Below, one piece after another: positions 23,741 through 37,593 of a stretch of DNA of 64,000 nucleotides. The stretch is from Chiloscyllium plagiosum (Eukaryota), in the NCBI RefSeq assembly GCF_004010195.1, contig NC_057757.1, positions 7,145,402-7,209,401 of the forward strand, read 5' to 3'. The position numbers and the translations under genes were made by a program. The notes under the pieces were generated by a model. That model saw only the letters and a program-made list of their open reading frames with translations, had not been told where the DNA came from and made no database searches. Each line of letters begins with the position of its first letter. The stretch's first letter is position 1.

Positions 23741-26700
23741 TATGGAGGGCTTGGGTATTGAGGCATTATGGGTGGAGCTGAGAAATAAGAAGGATGCAGT
23801 AACATAGTTGGGGATGTATTACAGGCCTCCCACACTGAGTGTGAGGGAGAAAAATAAATAGGTAAACAGATTATGTAAAGACGTAGAGGCAATAGGGTAG
23901 TGATGATGGGAGATTTTAATTTTCTCAACACTGACTGGGATACACTTAGCGTCAGAGGTCGGGATGGGGTAGAATTTATAAGAAGCGTCCAGGAAAGTTT
24001 TATAGAGCAGTATGTCAATAGTCCGATGAGGGAAGGGGCCATATTGGACCTGGTATTGGGGATTGAGCCAGGACAGGTGGTAGAAGTTGTGGTGGGGGGG
24101 ATTTCTTTGGGAACAGTGACCACAATTCTGTAAGTTTTAGAATACTCATAGACAAAGATGAGAGTGGCCCTAAGGGAAGAGTACTAAACTGCGCCCAGGC
24201 CAATTATATCAAAATTAGGCCGGATCTGGGAAATGTGGAATGGACACAGGTATTTGAAGGGAAGTCCACATTTGATATGTGGGATGCTTTCAATAGACAA
24301 TAGGTGCAGGAGTAGGCCATTCTGCCCTTCGAGCCTGCACCACCATTCAATATGATCATGGCTGAACATCCTTAATCAGTATCCTGTTCCTGCATTATCT
24401 CCATAACCCTTGATTCCACTATCCTTGAGAGCTCTATCCAACTCTTTCTGAAATGAATCCAGAGACTGGGCCTCCACTGCCCTCTGGGGCAGAGCATTCC
24501 ACACAGCCACCACTCTCTGGGTGAAGAAGTTTCTCCTCATCTCAGTCCGAAATGGTCTACCCCGTATTTTTAAGCTGTGTCCTCTGGTTCGGAACTCACC
24601 CATCAGTGGAAACATGTTTCCTGCCTCCAGAGTGTCCAATCCTTTAATAATCTTAGATGTCTCAATCATAGCCACTCTCAGTCTTCTAAACTCAAGGGTA
24701 TACAAGCCCAGTCGCTCCAGTCTTTCAGTGTAAGGTAGTCCCGCAATTCCAGGAATTGACCTCGTGAACCTCCGCTGCACTCCCTCAATAGCCAGAATGT
24801 CTTTCCTCAAATTTGGAGACCAGAACGACACACAGTACTCCAGGTGTGGTCTCACCAGGGCCCTGAACAGCTGCAGAAGAACCTCTTAGCTTCTATACTC
24901 AATCCCTCTTGTTTTGAAGGCCAGTATGCTATTAGCCTTCTTCACTACCTGCTGGACCTGCATGCTTACCTTCATTGACTGGTGTACAAGAACACCCAGA
25001 TCTCTCTGTACTGCCCCTTTACCTGAATTGATTCCATTTAGGTAGTAATCTGCCTTCCTGCTCTTGCCACCAAAGTGGATAACCATACATTTATCCACAT
25101 TAAACTGCATCTGCCATGCATCTGACCACTCACCTAACTTGTCCAGGTCACCCTGTAATCTCCTAACATCCTCATCACATTTCACCCTGCCACCCAGCTT
25201 AGTATCATCAGCAAATTTGCTAAGGTTATTGCTGATACCATCTTCTATATCATTAACATATATTGTAAAAAGCTACGGTCCCAGCACGGATCCCTGCGGT
25301 ACCCCACTGGTCACTGCCTGCCACTCCGAAATGGAGCCGTTTATCACTACACTTTGTTTCCTATCAGCCAACCAATTTTCAATCCAAGTTAGTACTTTGC
25401 CCCCAATACCATGCTCCCTAAGTTTGCTCACTAACCTATGTGGGACTTTATCAAAAGCTTTCTGAAAGTCCAGGTACACTACATCCACTGGATCTCCCTC
25501 GTCCATCTTCAGAGTTACATCCTCAAAAAATTCCAGAAGATTAGTCAAGCATGATTTCCCCTTCATAAATCCATGCTGACTCTGACCTATCCTGTTACTA
25601 CTATCCAGATGTGTCGTAATTTCATCCTTTTTAATAGACTCCAGCATCTTTTCCACCACTGAGGTCAGACTAACTGGTCTATAATTTCCTGCTTTCTCTC
25701 TCCCACCTTTCTTAAAAAGTGGTATAAAATTAGCCACCCTCCAAACTGCAGGAACTGATCCCAAATCTATCGAACTCTGGAAAATAATCACCAACGCATC
25801 CGCGATTTCTCGAGCCACCTCCTTCAGTATCCTGGGATGTAGACCATCAGGACCCGGGGACTTATCAACCTTCAGACCTAACAGTCTCTCCAATTCCTGG
25901 CAAATATAAATTCCCTTCAGTTCAGGTCCTTCAGCCACTGTTACCTCAGGGAGAATGCTTGTGTCTTCCCCGGTGAACACAGATCTGAAGTATCAATTCA
26001 ATTCTTCTGCCATTTCTTTGTTCCCCATAATATATTCCCCTGTTTCTGTCTTCAAGGGCCCAATTTTAGTCTTAACCATTTTTTTGCCTTTCACATACCT
26101 AAAAAAACTTGTACTATCCTCCTTTATATTATTGGCCAGTTTACTTTCATATCTCATTTTTTCTCTGCGTATTTCCTTCTTAGTAATCCTCTGTTGTTCT
26201 TAAAAAGCTTTCCAGTCCATCGTTTGCCCTCTTATCTTTGCTATGTTATACTTTTTCTCTTTTAACTTTATATGTTTCTTAACTTCTCTCGTCAGCCACG
26301 GCCACCCATGCCTCCTCCTAGGATCTTTCTTCCTTTTTGGAATGAACTGCAACTTCTGCATTATACACAGAAATATCCGCCATTGTTCCTCCACTGTCAT
26401 CCCTGCTAAGGTACTGCGCCATTGAACTTTGGCCAGCTCCTCCCTCATAGCTCCATAGTTCCCTTTATTCAACTGAAAAATTGTCACTTCCTATTGGAAC
26501 CTCTCCCTCTCAAATTGCAGATTGAAGCTTATTGTATTATGGTCACTACTTCCCAATGGCTTCTTCACTTCGAGGTCCCTGACCAATTCTGGTTCGTTGC
26601 ACAATACCAGATCCAGAATTGCCTTCTCCCTGGTCAGCTCCAGCACCAGCTGTTCTAAGAATCCATCTCTGAGGCACTCCACAAAGTCTCTTTCTTGAGG

Positions 26701-29700
26701 TCCAATACCATCCTGATTCTCCCAGTCCATCTGCATGTTGAAATCCCCCATAACAACTGTAGTAACATCTTTGCGACAGGCCAATTTCAGCTCCTGATTT
26801 AACTTACATCCGACATCCAGACTACTGTTTGGGGGCCTGCAGATAACTCCCAAGAGGGTCTTTCTCAGCTCTATCCACACTGACTCTCCATCCCCTGATT
26901 CTAGGTCCCCCCGCGCAAGGGACTGAATATCATCCCTTACCAACATGGCCACCCCACCCCTTCTGCCAGTCAGTCTGTCCTTACTATAGCACATGCAGCC
27001 TTGAATATTCATTTCCCAGGCCCTGTCCACTTGAAGCCACGTCTCAGTTATCCCCACAATATCGTATTTGCCAATTTCCAGAAGAGCCTCAAGCTCACCC
27101 ATCTTATTTCTAATGCTTCGTGCATTCATGTATAGTATTTTTAATTTAATTTGTTACTGCCCTCATCCTTCCCATCAACTCCTATTTCACTCAACCTTAC
27201 AGCATGACCCCTTTCTGAGTTTTCTGCCTCATTGATACAGTTGTCTCTCTTGACTTCCCTTGTTCTAACTTTCCCTCCAATTTCCTTCTTAAACATCCAG
27301 TTTGTCCCCTCCTCCCCCCGCTACTTAGTTTAAACGTAGCTGCGTTGCAGTAGCAAACCTGCCTGCCAGAATGCCGGTCCCTAACCTATTAAGGTGCAAA
27401 CTGTCTCTCTTGTAGAATTTATGCTTACCACAAAACATACCCCAGTGATCCAAGAATTTAAATCCTTGCTTCCTGCACCAGTTCCCCAGCCACACGTTCA
27501 AGTCCATTATCTCCTTGTTTCTGGCCTCACCAGCCCGAGGAACTGGAAGCAAACCGGAGATAACCACCTTGGACGTCCTGCTTTTCAGCCTTCTCCCTAG
27601 TTCTCCGAAGTCCCACTGTAGTATGTTCCTCTTCTTCCCGACATCATTTGTGCCGACATGTACCACCACCTCTGGCTCTTCACCTTCGTCCTTGAGGATT
27701 TCCTGCACTCTGTCTGTGATGTCTTTAACCCTGGCACCAGGAAGGCAACACACCATCCTTAAGTCCCGTCTGTTGCCACAAAAACCCCAGTCAGTTCGTC
27801 TCACTATGAAGTCCCCTATTACCACGGCTCTGTGCGATGTCCGACTCTTCCGCTCTGTCTCCACGCCAACTTTTGATTGACAGACCTGGCCGCCTCGCGG
27901 GCTGGCAGTGTCATCCGTCTCTACTGTTTCCAAAAGATTCAACTTGTTCCTGACAGGTACTTCCCCCAGGGTCTCTTGCACCTGTCTCCTCTCTGCCTTC
28001 CTCATCGTCTGCTCTCTTCTGGTACGATTGGTGTAATAACCTCGTTGAAGGTCTTGTCCAGAAAGATCTCTTTCTCTCGGATGAGCCTAAGGTCCTCGAG
28101 TTCTTTCATCAGTGCTGCAATATGCTCTGTCAGTAGCTGAACGTGGACACATTTTCCACACTTATAGGAGCCAGACACACCAGAGTCGTTGACCTCCCAC
28201 ATCAAGCACATAGCACACTGAACCAGCTTGGCAGTCATGTCTTCACCCTCTTCAACTGTGGCATAATCACTTTACTCAACCTCCTTGTCAAAGACTCCTG
28301 AGCTAAAGCCTCACTCTTCAATCCAAAGGAACTTCCTTGGACCCTCTTTTTGGGGCAAGTCTTTGGACTTTTAATTTAGGTTAGAGGAGGAGGGAGGGAG
28401 GGGGGCCCTACTTTGTAGGACCTGGGGTCTAGAACACACCCACTCAAATTACAATCACTTACCTTCCCGACCGGCTTTGCGCTCTGCCTTCACTTCCGCT
28501 CAGCTCCCGCCGCTCTCTGATGCAAAAAGACCGCTGGCGTCGAGGCAAGTTCTTAAATAACAATCACTTACCTTCCTGACCGGCTTTGCGCTCTCATAGA
28601 TCGGTTAAACGTAGTGTAGGATAGGCATGTCCCATTGCAGGCAAAGGATAGGAAAGGCAAGATTCGTTAACCGTGGATGGCAGGAGAAATTGTGTGGCTA
28701 GCCAAGAGGAAAAGGGAAGCGTACGTAAGGTCGAGGCAGCTAAGATAAAAATGGGTCCTGGAGGAATATCGGAAGAGTAGTACCAGTCTTAAATGAGGAA
28801 TCAGGCGGGCTAAAAGGGGTCATGAAATTGCTTTAGCGAGCAGAATTAAGGAGAATCCCAAAACATTTTATTCTTATATAAGTAGCAAGTGGGTAACTAG
28901 AGAAAGGATTGGTCCACTAAAGGATAATGAAGGAAGGCTGTGTGTTGAATCTGAGAGAATGGGTGAAATTCTGAATGATTACTTTGCATCAGTGTTCACT
29001 GAGGAGAGGAACATGATGAATGTTGATATTAGAGATAGAAGTTTGATTAGTCTGGATCACGTTGACATCAGTAGGGTAGATGTATTGGGTAGGCTAGAGG
29101 TTATTCAGGTGGACAAATCCCCAGGACCGGATGGGATCTATCCCAGGTTGCTGAGGGAGGCGAGAGAGGAAATTGCTGGGGTCCTGACAGATATCTTTGT
29201 GGCATCCTTAAACACAGGTGAGGTGCAGGAGGACAGGAAGGTTGCTCATGTCGTCCTCCTGTACAAGAAGGGTAGTAGGGATATTCCGGGTAACTATAGA
29301 CCAGTGAGCCTGATGTCAGTGGTGGGAAAGTTGCTGGAGAAGGTACTGAGGGATAGGATCTATTTATATTTAGAAAAGAATGGGCTTATCAGTGATAGGC
29401 AACATGGTTTTGTGCAGGGAAGATCGTGCCTTACCAAGTTAATAGAGTTCTTTGAGGAAGTGACCAAGTTGACAGATGAAGGAAGGGGTATTGATGTCAT
29501 AAAATAGACTTTAGTAAGGTATTTGATAAGGTTCCCCATGGTAAACTAATAGAGTATGACTCAACTCAACTCTAAGAAAGTGAAGTCACATGGTGTGCAG
29601 GGTGTTCTAGCTGGGTGGAAAAAGAACTGGTTGAGCAACAGGAGACAGATTAGTAGTTGGAGGGAGTTTATCAAAATGGAGAAAAGTGACCAGTGGTGTT

Positions 29701-30693
29701 CCACAGGGGTCAGTGTTGGGGCCACTGTTGTTTGTGATATACATAAATGATTTAGAAGAGGGCACTGTTGGAATGATCAGCAGGTTTGCATATGACACAA
29801 AGATTGGTGGAGAAACAGAAAGCATAAGGGACTGTCAAAGAATACAGGAGGATATAGATAGACTGGAGAGTTGGGCGGAAAAGTGGTAGATGGAGTTCAA
29901 TCCAGACAAATGTGAGGTGATGCATTTAGGCAAGTCTAATTCTAGAGCATATTATGCAATGAATGGAAGAGCCTTGGGAAAAGTTGATGGGCAGAGAGAT
30001 CTGGGAGTTCAGTCCATTGTGCCCTGAAGGTTGCTGCACAGGTGGATAGGGTGATCAAGAAGGCATATGGTATGCTTGCCTTCATTGGATGGGGTATTGA
30101 GTATAAGAGCTGGCAAGTCATATTAACATTGTACAAGACATTGGTTCGGCTGCATTTAGAATACTGTGTACAGTTCTGGTCGCCACATTACCAAAAGGAT
30201 GTGGACGCTTTGGAGAGGGTGCAGAGAAGGTTTACGAGGATGTTGCCTGGTATGGAAGGTGCTAGCTATGAAGAGACGTTGCATAGGTTAGGTTTGTTTT
30301 CATTAGGAAAAAGGAGATTGAGGGGGGACCTGATTGAGGTTTATAAAATCATGAAGGGTATAGACAGGGTGGATAGAGATAAGGTTTTTCCCAGGGTGAA
30401 GGATTCAATAACGAGAGGTCACATTTTCAAGGTGAGAGGTGAAACGTTTAAGGAGGATACACGCAGCAAGTACTTCACACAGAGATTGGTGGGTGTCTGG
30501 AATGTGTTGCCGGAAGAGGCAGGCACGGTAGATTCATTTAAGATGCATCTGGACAGATGCATAAGTAGGTGGAGAGCAGAGGGATACAGATGCTTAGGAA
30601 TTGGGCAAAAGGTTTAGACAATAGATTTGGATCAGCTCAGGATTGGAGGGCCGAAGGGCCTGTTCCTGGGCTGTCAATTTTCTTTGTTCTTTG
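23741..30693 (+). mobile_element. CR1 LINE (endonuclease to 3' end) interrupted by a nested antisense CR1 at ~24297-28595
   Basis: MGDFNF and EGAILDLVL (APE) before the insert. [36 protein letters not shown] and HLEYCVQFWSP after it. (ttctttg)n tail at ~30680. Confidence 0.9.
24297..28595 (-). mobile_element. Near full-length CR1 LINE: 5'UTR, ORF1 (Zn finger/coiled-coil/SGNH esterase) and ORF2 (APE+RT), disrupted
   Basis: ORF1 28238-27325 (CAMC..CGKC, VIGDFIVR, VVHVGTND, DSLHLN). ORF2 27129-24376 ([32 protein letters not shown]) with frameshifts. Confidence 0.95.
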
Positions 30694-30694
30694 T

Positions 30695-31612
30695 AACACT
30701 GCGAAAGGTCAGAGAAAAAATTGCTTAGAGCTTGAATGATAGTTTTGCACCGTCATTGTTGCCATGGGTGAGGTCCTGGAAGAATGGAAGGTAGCGAATG
30801 TTGCGCCAATATTCAAGAAGGTCTGCAAAGAAAGGACTGGGAATTGCAGACCAGTAAGCTTAACATCTGTGGTGGGGAAGTTACTTGAGAACATTATGAG
30901 GGATAAGATATACATGTATTTGGAAAAACTGGATTTGATTCGGAGTAGTCAGAATGGCTTTGTGAGTGGGAGATCATGCATCACAAATTTGTTACAGTTC
31001 TTTGATGAAGGGGCCAAGAAGATTGAAGAGGGCAGGGTAGTAGATGTAGTCTCTATGGATTTGAGTAAGACCTTTGATAAGGTTTCACATGGTAGGCTGC
31101 TCTGGAAGATTCGATCGCATGGCATCCAGGACAAGTTGGCAAATTAGATACAAAATTGGCTTGAAGGTCGGAAGCAGAGGGATATGCTTCATGGAAGGAC
31201 GCTTGTTGGAGGCATGTGACCAGTGGAGCACCTCAGGGGTCAATACTGGGCCCATTACAGTTTGTTACCTATATCAATGATTTGGATGAGAATGTACAAG
31301 GCATAACTAGTAAGTGTGCTGATGAAACCAAAATAGACGGTATCGTGTGCAGGGAGGAAGGTTATCAGAAATTGCAGCAGGATTTTGATCAGCTCGGAAA
31401 GCAGGCTGAGAAATGGCAGATAGAGTTTCATACAGATAAGTCTGAGGTCTTGCATTTTGGAAAGTCAAATCAAGCGTTTGATGGTGAATGATTAAGGAGT
31501 GTAATAGACCAGAGGGAGCTTGGAGTTCAGGTTCACAGCTCTCGGAAAGTGGAGTCATAGGTAGACAAGGCAGTGAAGAAGGCTTTTGGCACACTGACCT
31601 TCATCAGTCATC
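30695..31612 (+). mobile_element. CR1 LINE RT fragment
   Basis: WKVANVAPIFKK, RPVSLTSVVGKLLE and GAPQGSILGP. Confidence 0.88.
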
Positions 31613-32375
31613 ATGCCCTAAATTCATTTGACTTTCCTGTCAGGCCTCTTGCACTGTTTAAATGCAGTTTATCAGTCTTATCTCATCTTTACAAAAAAAG
31701 GTCATTTTTGTTTTCATTCATTCACAGAATGAAGATGGGCCAGCATTTATTGCCTATCCCCAATGACTCAGAGGGTGGTTACGAGTCAACCATATTGCTC
31801 TGGGATTAGAGTCACATGTAGGCCAGACCAGGTGAAATTGGCAGTTTCCTTCTCTAAAGGGCATTAGCGAACCAGATGGTTTTTTTCCCCAACAATCGAC
31901 AATTGTTTCCTAATCATCATTTGACTCTTAATACCTGATTTATAGTGAATTCAAACTTCACTATCTGCCATGGCAAGGACTATGGATTATTATTTGGGTC
32001 TCTGGGTTAAAAGTCTGGCGATAATACCGCTCGTCCATCACCTCCCCTCTGTTTGTAAGTTCGTAAGAAGCAGGAAAAGGGCATTCAGCCCATTTAGTCT
32101 GTTCTGCCATTCAATAACATCATGGCAGGTTTTCTACTCCACCTTCACATTCTATTCCCATATTCTTTGATTACTTTAGAGCCCAAAGATGTATGGACCA
32201 AGCACGTCGTAGACCGGAAATTCCAAAGATTAACCAAAATATTTTAATATTATAAATATTACGTTTATGTTTTAACTTCTGACTTGTGAAGTACACAATG
32301 ATATCAACACCAATGCAAGATTGAAACTGACAGGTAGTAATGGATATATCACCCAACTAAACTCTGCTTTACATA

Positions 32376-32560
32376 GTTAAAAATCACACAACACCAGGTT
32401 ATAGTCCAACAGGTTTAATTGGAAGCACTAGCTTTTGGAGCACTGCTCCTTCATCAGGTCCACAACCACCTGATAAAGCAGCAGTGCTCCGAAAGCTAGT
32501 GTTGTGTGATTTTTAAACTTTGTACACCCCAGCCCAATACCGACATCTCCAAATCATGAA
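32376..32560. mobile_element. 185-bp Penelope-derived insertion with inverted pLTR halves; 11-bp TSD
   Basis: TSD tgctttacata at 32365-32375 and 32561-32571. The empty site is present in the paralogue at 7753-7763. It holds two degenerate hammerheads in opposite orientation. Confidence 0.85.
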
Positions 32561-33495
32561 TGCTTTACATAATCGCATTGTTCTGACTCCTTAATTGCAC
32601 TTCAAATATATTCTGATTCATTTTGTGCTCACTAAGGTGATACTGGGATATAAATTTTCTAATCAGTGATGTTTGACTTAATTGTAACCAGTGGTATAAT
32701 AAGATTCATTTAAATCCTGATGATATAACTTATGACTGTGGAATCGTGTTCAAATAATGACCAAAAATCAGTGAGTGGTAAAAATAGCCTCCTTTATTCA
32801 GAAACTGCAAGTAGCACAAGTTTGAGATGACAATAGAATCCCAAAATACAGTTCTTACGTACATAAAAATTCCATTACTATGCTGTTACTTTTTTTTTCT
32901 CTAGAGTATGCAAGGATTTGAGGAGACAGGAGAGGGGTTAAAACATTGTTAAGTCCTGGCTGCTACTCCTGATAGGATTAAGAGTGTCAGGTCTGCGTGC
33001 ATACTTAAGAGATGTTAATCCTTTTGTCTTTTAAGTTAGTAAATGCTTGTTAGAGTACTTTTTTTTACTGTCTGTGTGCTGTAAATAAGTTAGAAATTGT
33101 ACTGTATTTAATAAAAGTTTAAACTGATTACAGCAGCTGGGTTGTGAGATTTGTTTACTATTTGCCAGTGTGAGTTTCATGCAATTCCATGGAAGTGGTG
33201 TTTTGTCACTTAAGGGGATAGTGGCCCTGTTAAAAAGGTATTCAACAAGTACATACTAATTGGGGAAACTAGTGTTTCAGGTCCGAGATACAGTTGACAA
33301 AGGCTGATTAATGTTATAATGTTTCATGGAGACTTGATGGGGATTGTATAGTTTACAACATTGATACCTGTTCAGAGGTATCTAGGCCTAAATTCTGCTG
33401 ATGGCGAAGGCTTATAGGGTGTGAAAATGCAGTAATGGGTTTGAAAGGGTTGTTTTAAATCTGATCTATCTTATGATAAAGTATACTACAGAACC

Positions 33496-34791
33496 AGCTT
33501 ATGTTTGTGGTAGGCAAATTATTGGAGAGGATGCTGAGAGACAGGATTTATGATTATTTGCAAAAGCATAGTTTGATTAGAGATAGTCAGCATGACTTTT
33601 TGACGGGCAGATCATGCCTCACAAACCTTATTGAACTCTTTGATTATGTGACAAAACACATTGATGAAGGTGGATGTAATGTATATAGATTTTAGCAAGA
33701 CATATGATACGTTTCCCCATGGTAGCTCACTAAGAAAGTAAGGAGGTATAGGATACAGGGACATTTGGCTGTCTGGATCCTGAATTGGCTGGCCCATTGA
33801 TGAGAGGGTGATAGTAGATGGGATTTATTCAGCCTGGAGGTCGGTGACCAGTGGTGTTCCCGCAGGAATCTGTTCTGGGACCTCTGCTCTTTGTGATTTT
33901 TATAAATGACTTGAATGAGGAAGTGGAAGGGTGGGTTAGTAAGTTTGCCGATGACATGTGGATATCATGGTGGAGTTGTGGATAGTGTGGGGGGGCTATT
34001 GTAAGTTGCAATGGGACATTGACTGGATACAGAGCTGGGCCAAAAGTTGGCAGATGGAGTTCAAGCTGGAAAAGTGTGAAGTGATTAATTTTGGAAGGTC
34101 AAATTTGAATGCAGATTACAGGGTTAAAGGCAGTATGGAGTAAAGAGGGATCTTGGGATCAAAGTTGCCACCAAGTTGATACGGTTGTTAATAAGACATA
34201 GTGTGTTGGCTTTCATTAGCAGGGGCATAGAATTTAAAAGAGGCATGAGGTTATGTTGCAACTCTATAAAGCCCTGGTTAGATCACACTTGCAATATTGT
34301 GTTCAGTTCTGGTTGCCTCATTATAGGAAGGATGTAGAAGTTTTAGAGAGGGTACAGAGGAGATTTACCAGGACTCTGCCTGGACTGGAGGGCATATCTT
34401 ATGAAGGAAGTTTGATGGAACTAGGGCTTTTCGCATTGGAGTGAAGAAGGATGAGAGGTGGCTTGATAGAGGTGAGAGGCTTAGATAGAGCGGATAGCCA
34501 AAGAACTTTTTTCCCAGGGCAGAAACAGCTATCACAAGGGAGCATAATTTTAAGGTGATTGGAGGAAGGTTTACGGGAGATGTCAGAGGGTGGTGGGTGT
34601 GTGGAATGCACTGCCAACAGTGATAGTAGAGTCAGTTACATTAGGGACATTTCAACGACTCTTGGATAGGCACATGGATGATAGTAAAATTAAAGGTATG
34701 TCGGTTAGTTTGATCTTAGAGTAGGATAAAAGGTCAGCACAACATCAAGGGCCGATAGACCTGTACTATGCTGTACTGTTCAATGTTTTTT
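33496..34791 (+). mobile_element. 5'-truncated CR1 LINE inserted in the ERV 3' LTR
   Basis: RT motifs and 3' end, flanked by aacc (33492-33495 and 34792-34795). The 5' LTR is uninterrupted at this site. Confidence 0.9.
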
Positions 34792-35779
34792 AACCGTGGT
34801 TTTACGAATTAATGAATGAAAGAAACCATGTTATAGTACAGAGTTATGAATGAATGAACAGGAAGCCGATATCAATGAATATAGCGAGCTGGTGAATGAG
34901 TTTGTAAAGATAACCTAAAACAGAATATTTCACAAACACCCCCCCAACACACTTTTGATTCTACTGAGACCTTTCAAAGAGAATGACACAATTCTTATCT
35001 CAGCTTACATACTTTTAACAATTTGGCAACTGCACTTTACAAAACAAAAACATGCAGTTAGAATAACAATAACAAACATCATGGTGGTGAGTGAATGTCT
35101 GGTCCCACTGTATGGTGAGATGCACATTTGATGTGTGAGGCATGAATCCAGGCCTCCTTTCCTCAGACCTTGACAGGCAACTGGGTGATCAGCAGCACCT
35201 GGTATGGTTATTCCCACTTTGCGCCTAAGGATTCCTTGTGGATCTTTCTCACAAGAACCCACTCACCTGGTACAGTGTTGTGACTCCCAGCGAATCTTTC
35301 CTGTCAGCCGATATCTGAGAGGAAGCAGAACTTACAGCATCGGCTAGTACCTGACAGTGAAACAATAAGGCATCATTCATAAGGTGACAGTCAGCAGCAT
35401 TGCAGGAGTCTGTGTAAAAGTTGGCAGGCTGATCCCCTGTTGTCCTGCAGGCTTCAGTCAGACACCGAAATTCTGCTGGTTGTGCAGACATTCCAGGGGA
35501 TAGGCTTCCCGATGTCATGGCTGTCCATCCAGTTTTCCTGTGGTCTGTAGTTAATATTCACTTCCCACTTGCCTTTTGCATGGGCCATACCAGGTTGTCT
35601 GAGATACTGTGGGTTTTCATTAAAGTCCCTTTTTCCTGTTTGGTACAAGGTGTTTCTGTTTTTCTAAAAGTCACCAATTTCATCTTCAGTAACTTGCAGT
35701 CATCCCTGTTTCTAGCCCAAATGGGTGATCTCTTAATTCTTCCCTTTGTAGGGTTCTGATGGACCTCATTGCTCGTCCA

Positions 35780-36049
35780 TCATTGAAATATAAAGAGGAA
35801 TTCAGCTGGGTGAAGGAGTGGCTGGGCTACAGGTACTACCCATATAATGGTTATTAACTCATGGGGGCCAAATTCAAGGTGTATGGGTTTGGTCCATTTG
35901 ATTGCAATCCTGTCAGCTTCTGCTCTGTAAGCTGTCCTCACTGCCCTGTCTAATGGGAGTTTGGTCTCATACCTCTGGGATAGGTACAACAATTCTGCTC
36001 CTGTGTCCAAAAGGCAGTCAACGTCCAGGTCACCCACTCTCATGTTCAC
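35780..36049 (-). pseudogene. pro: Retroviral aspartic protease ORF, identical to 5054-5323
   Basis: Same 89-aa translation, including LLDTGA. Confidence 0.85.
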
Positions 36050-37574
36050 ATGCAGTCCGTCTCCCCTCTGCTGGCAAAAATCAAGGGGTGGGCTCTGTCA
36101 GTTTTTTGTCATTTTTAGTAGCTCCTGCTACTGCTGGATGATTAGCTTTTTAAAACCATTCTTGGGGATCGGTCTTACTCCCACCTTCCAGGATCTCCTT
36201 TTCCTCCTTGTTTATTAGGCAATGTCTCCCTTTTCCCCTTTGCCAATACATCCTGGCCCAATGGCCTTCCTTCCCACAGACGTAACATTTCTCTGGGCGT
36301 TTGTCTTGGGTCTTCCCAGGTTTACCGAGGCTCTGTCCCATTGTTCTATCTGTAAGGCTCACAGTTAGGTGCCCATATCTTTGGTGAGCTCGGTCCACCA
36401 AGTCATAGCGATTACTTCCCCTCTGGTTCAAATCTGGTTTAGTCACTAAACATTTTAGTGAGCTCAGGTTTAAGTCTGGCCACAAAAGCAGATTTCAGCG
36501 GACCATAATCGCAACCTTCAAAATCCCTATCATCGTGCACATTTGGGACGTCTGCATATTCTTTCCAGGTCATCCTCAACCTTTCCTCATATTCTGTGAC
36601 TTCTGTGGGTTTTTGACAGCAAGCTGTGACTTTTGTCCAATCGGTCTTATGCGGGTTATACCCCGGTAACCACTGTTTTATTGCTGTTCAGCCAGTTTGC
36701 ATCTCCTGCTTGTACTCTCCAAGAGCATCTTTGACTGCTTCATGGAGGAGGTGTCCTTCTCTTTCAATTACACTAACGTTCAGATTTTGTACCCCAACCC
36801 AGGGATGGAGCATATATAATCCGCTTAACCAGTCCAGGCTTTTCCCAAGGGCAATCGTTTTGTTTTTCTGAATCACCTCCTGGTTGTTGAGTGGTCGGAT
36901 ACAAATTCTCTGTGGGCTTCAGAAATGGGGAAGAAACGGACAGGACTGTTTTCTCATCCTTCAGTTCCTTGTTCTCTTTTTCAAGCCCCTGATTTTTAAG
37001 ATGAGCGGATCCCTCCTTGGATCTTTCTTTCTGCGGTTGTTCTTGCACTGCTTTTAATTGCTCTTTAAGTTGGGTTACTTCATGATCATGGGCTGATCGG
37101 GTCAAGACTTTCGTTTCTCTGGCGAATTTGCCCCATTAATGCAAGGGACCATATAATCCTGTCTTTATCTTTCTGTCGAGTGGCTTTGCCCAGACACATT
37201 TCATGTCATCTAGGGTCCTCTGTCCTATTATACTTCTGCCTGATTTTGGTTAGGGTGTTCCCTAGCAAGAACTATACCTTAAGGTAGTTCTACAACTGCA
37301 ACAGCATTTCTTCCTCAGTTACATCAGGAGAGGCTAGCCCACCTCTGGACGTTATAGGCAGTTTCCTAGAGGAAATTTGCTGCCGTGGGCAATTCCCTGC
37401 CATAGTCTATGTTAGCTGATCTGAGGTCTAGATGCAGAGGATTTGAAATAAAATATTCAACTCACGAAAGGTTTGGGATAGTTTTCACGGACTACATCAT
37501 TACTCTAAGAAGGAAGTTTTTTTTACCCTCAAAGAATTGCCAGTGACCGGTCAGTTTAGATGGTGTCCCCAGAG

Positions 37575-37593
37575 ATCCTGCCCGATTATGCCA
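37575..37593 (-). promoter_or_regulatory. Primer binding site complementary to the tRNA-Ser 3' end
   Basis: The + strand atcctgcccgattatgcca compares with tRNA-Ser ...ATCCTGCCGACTACGCCA. It lies 3 nt from the LTR CA end. Confidence 0.75.
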
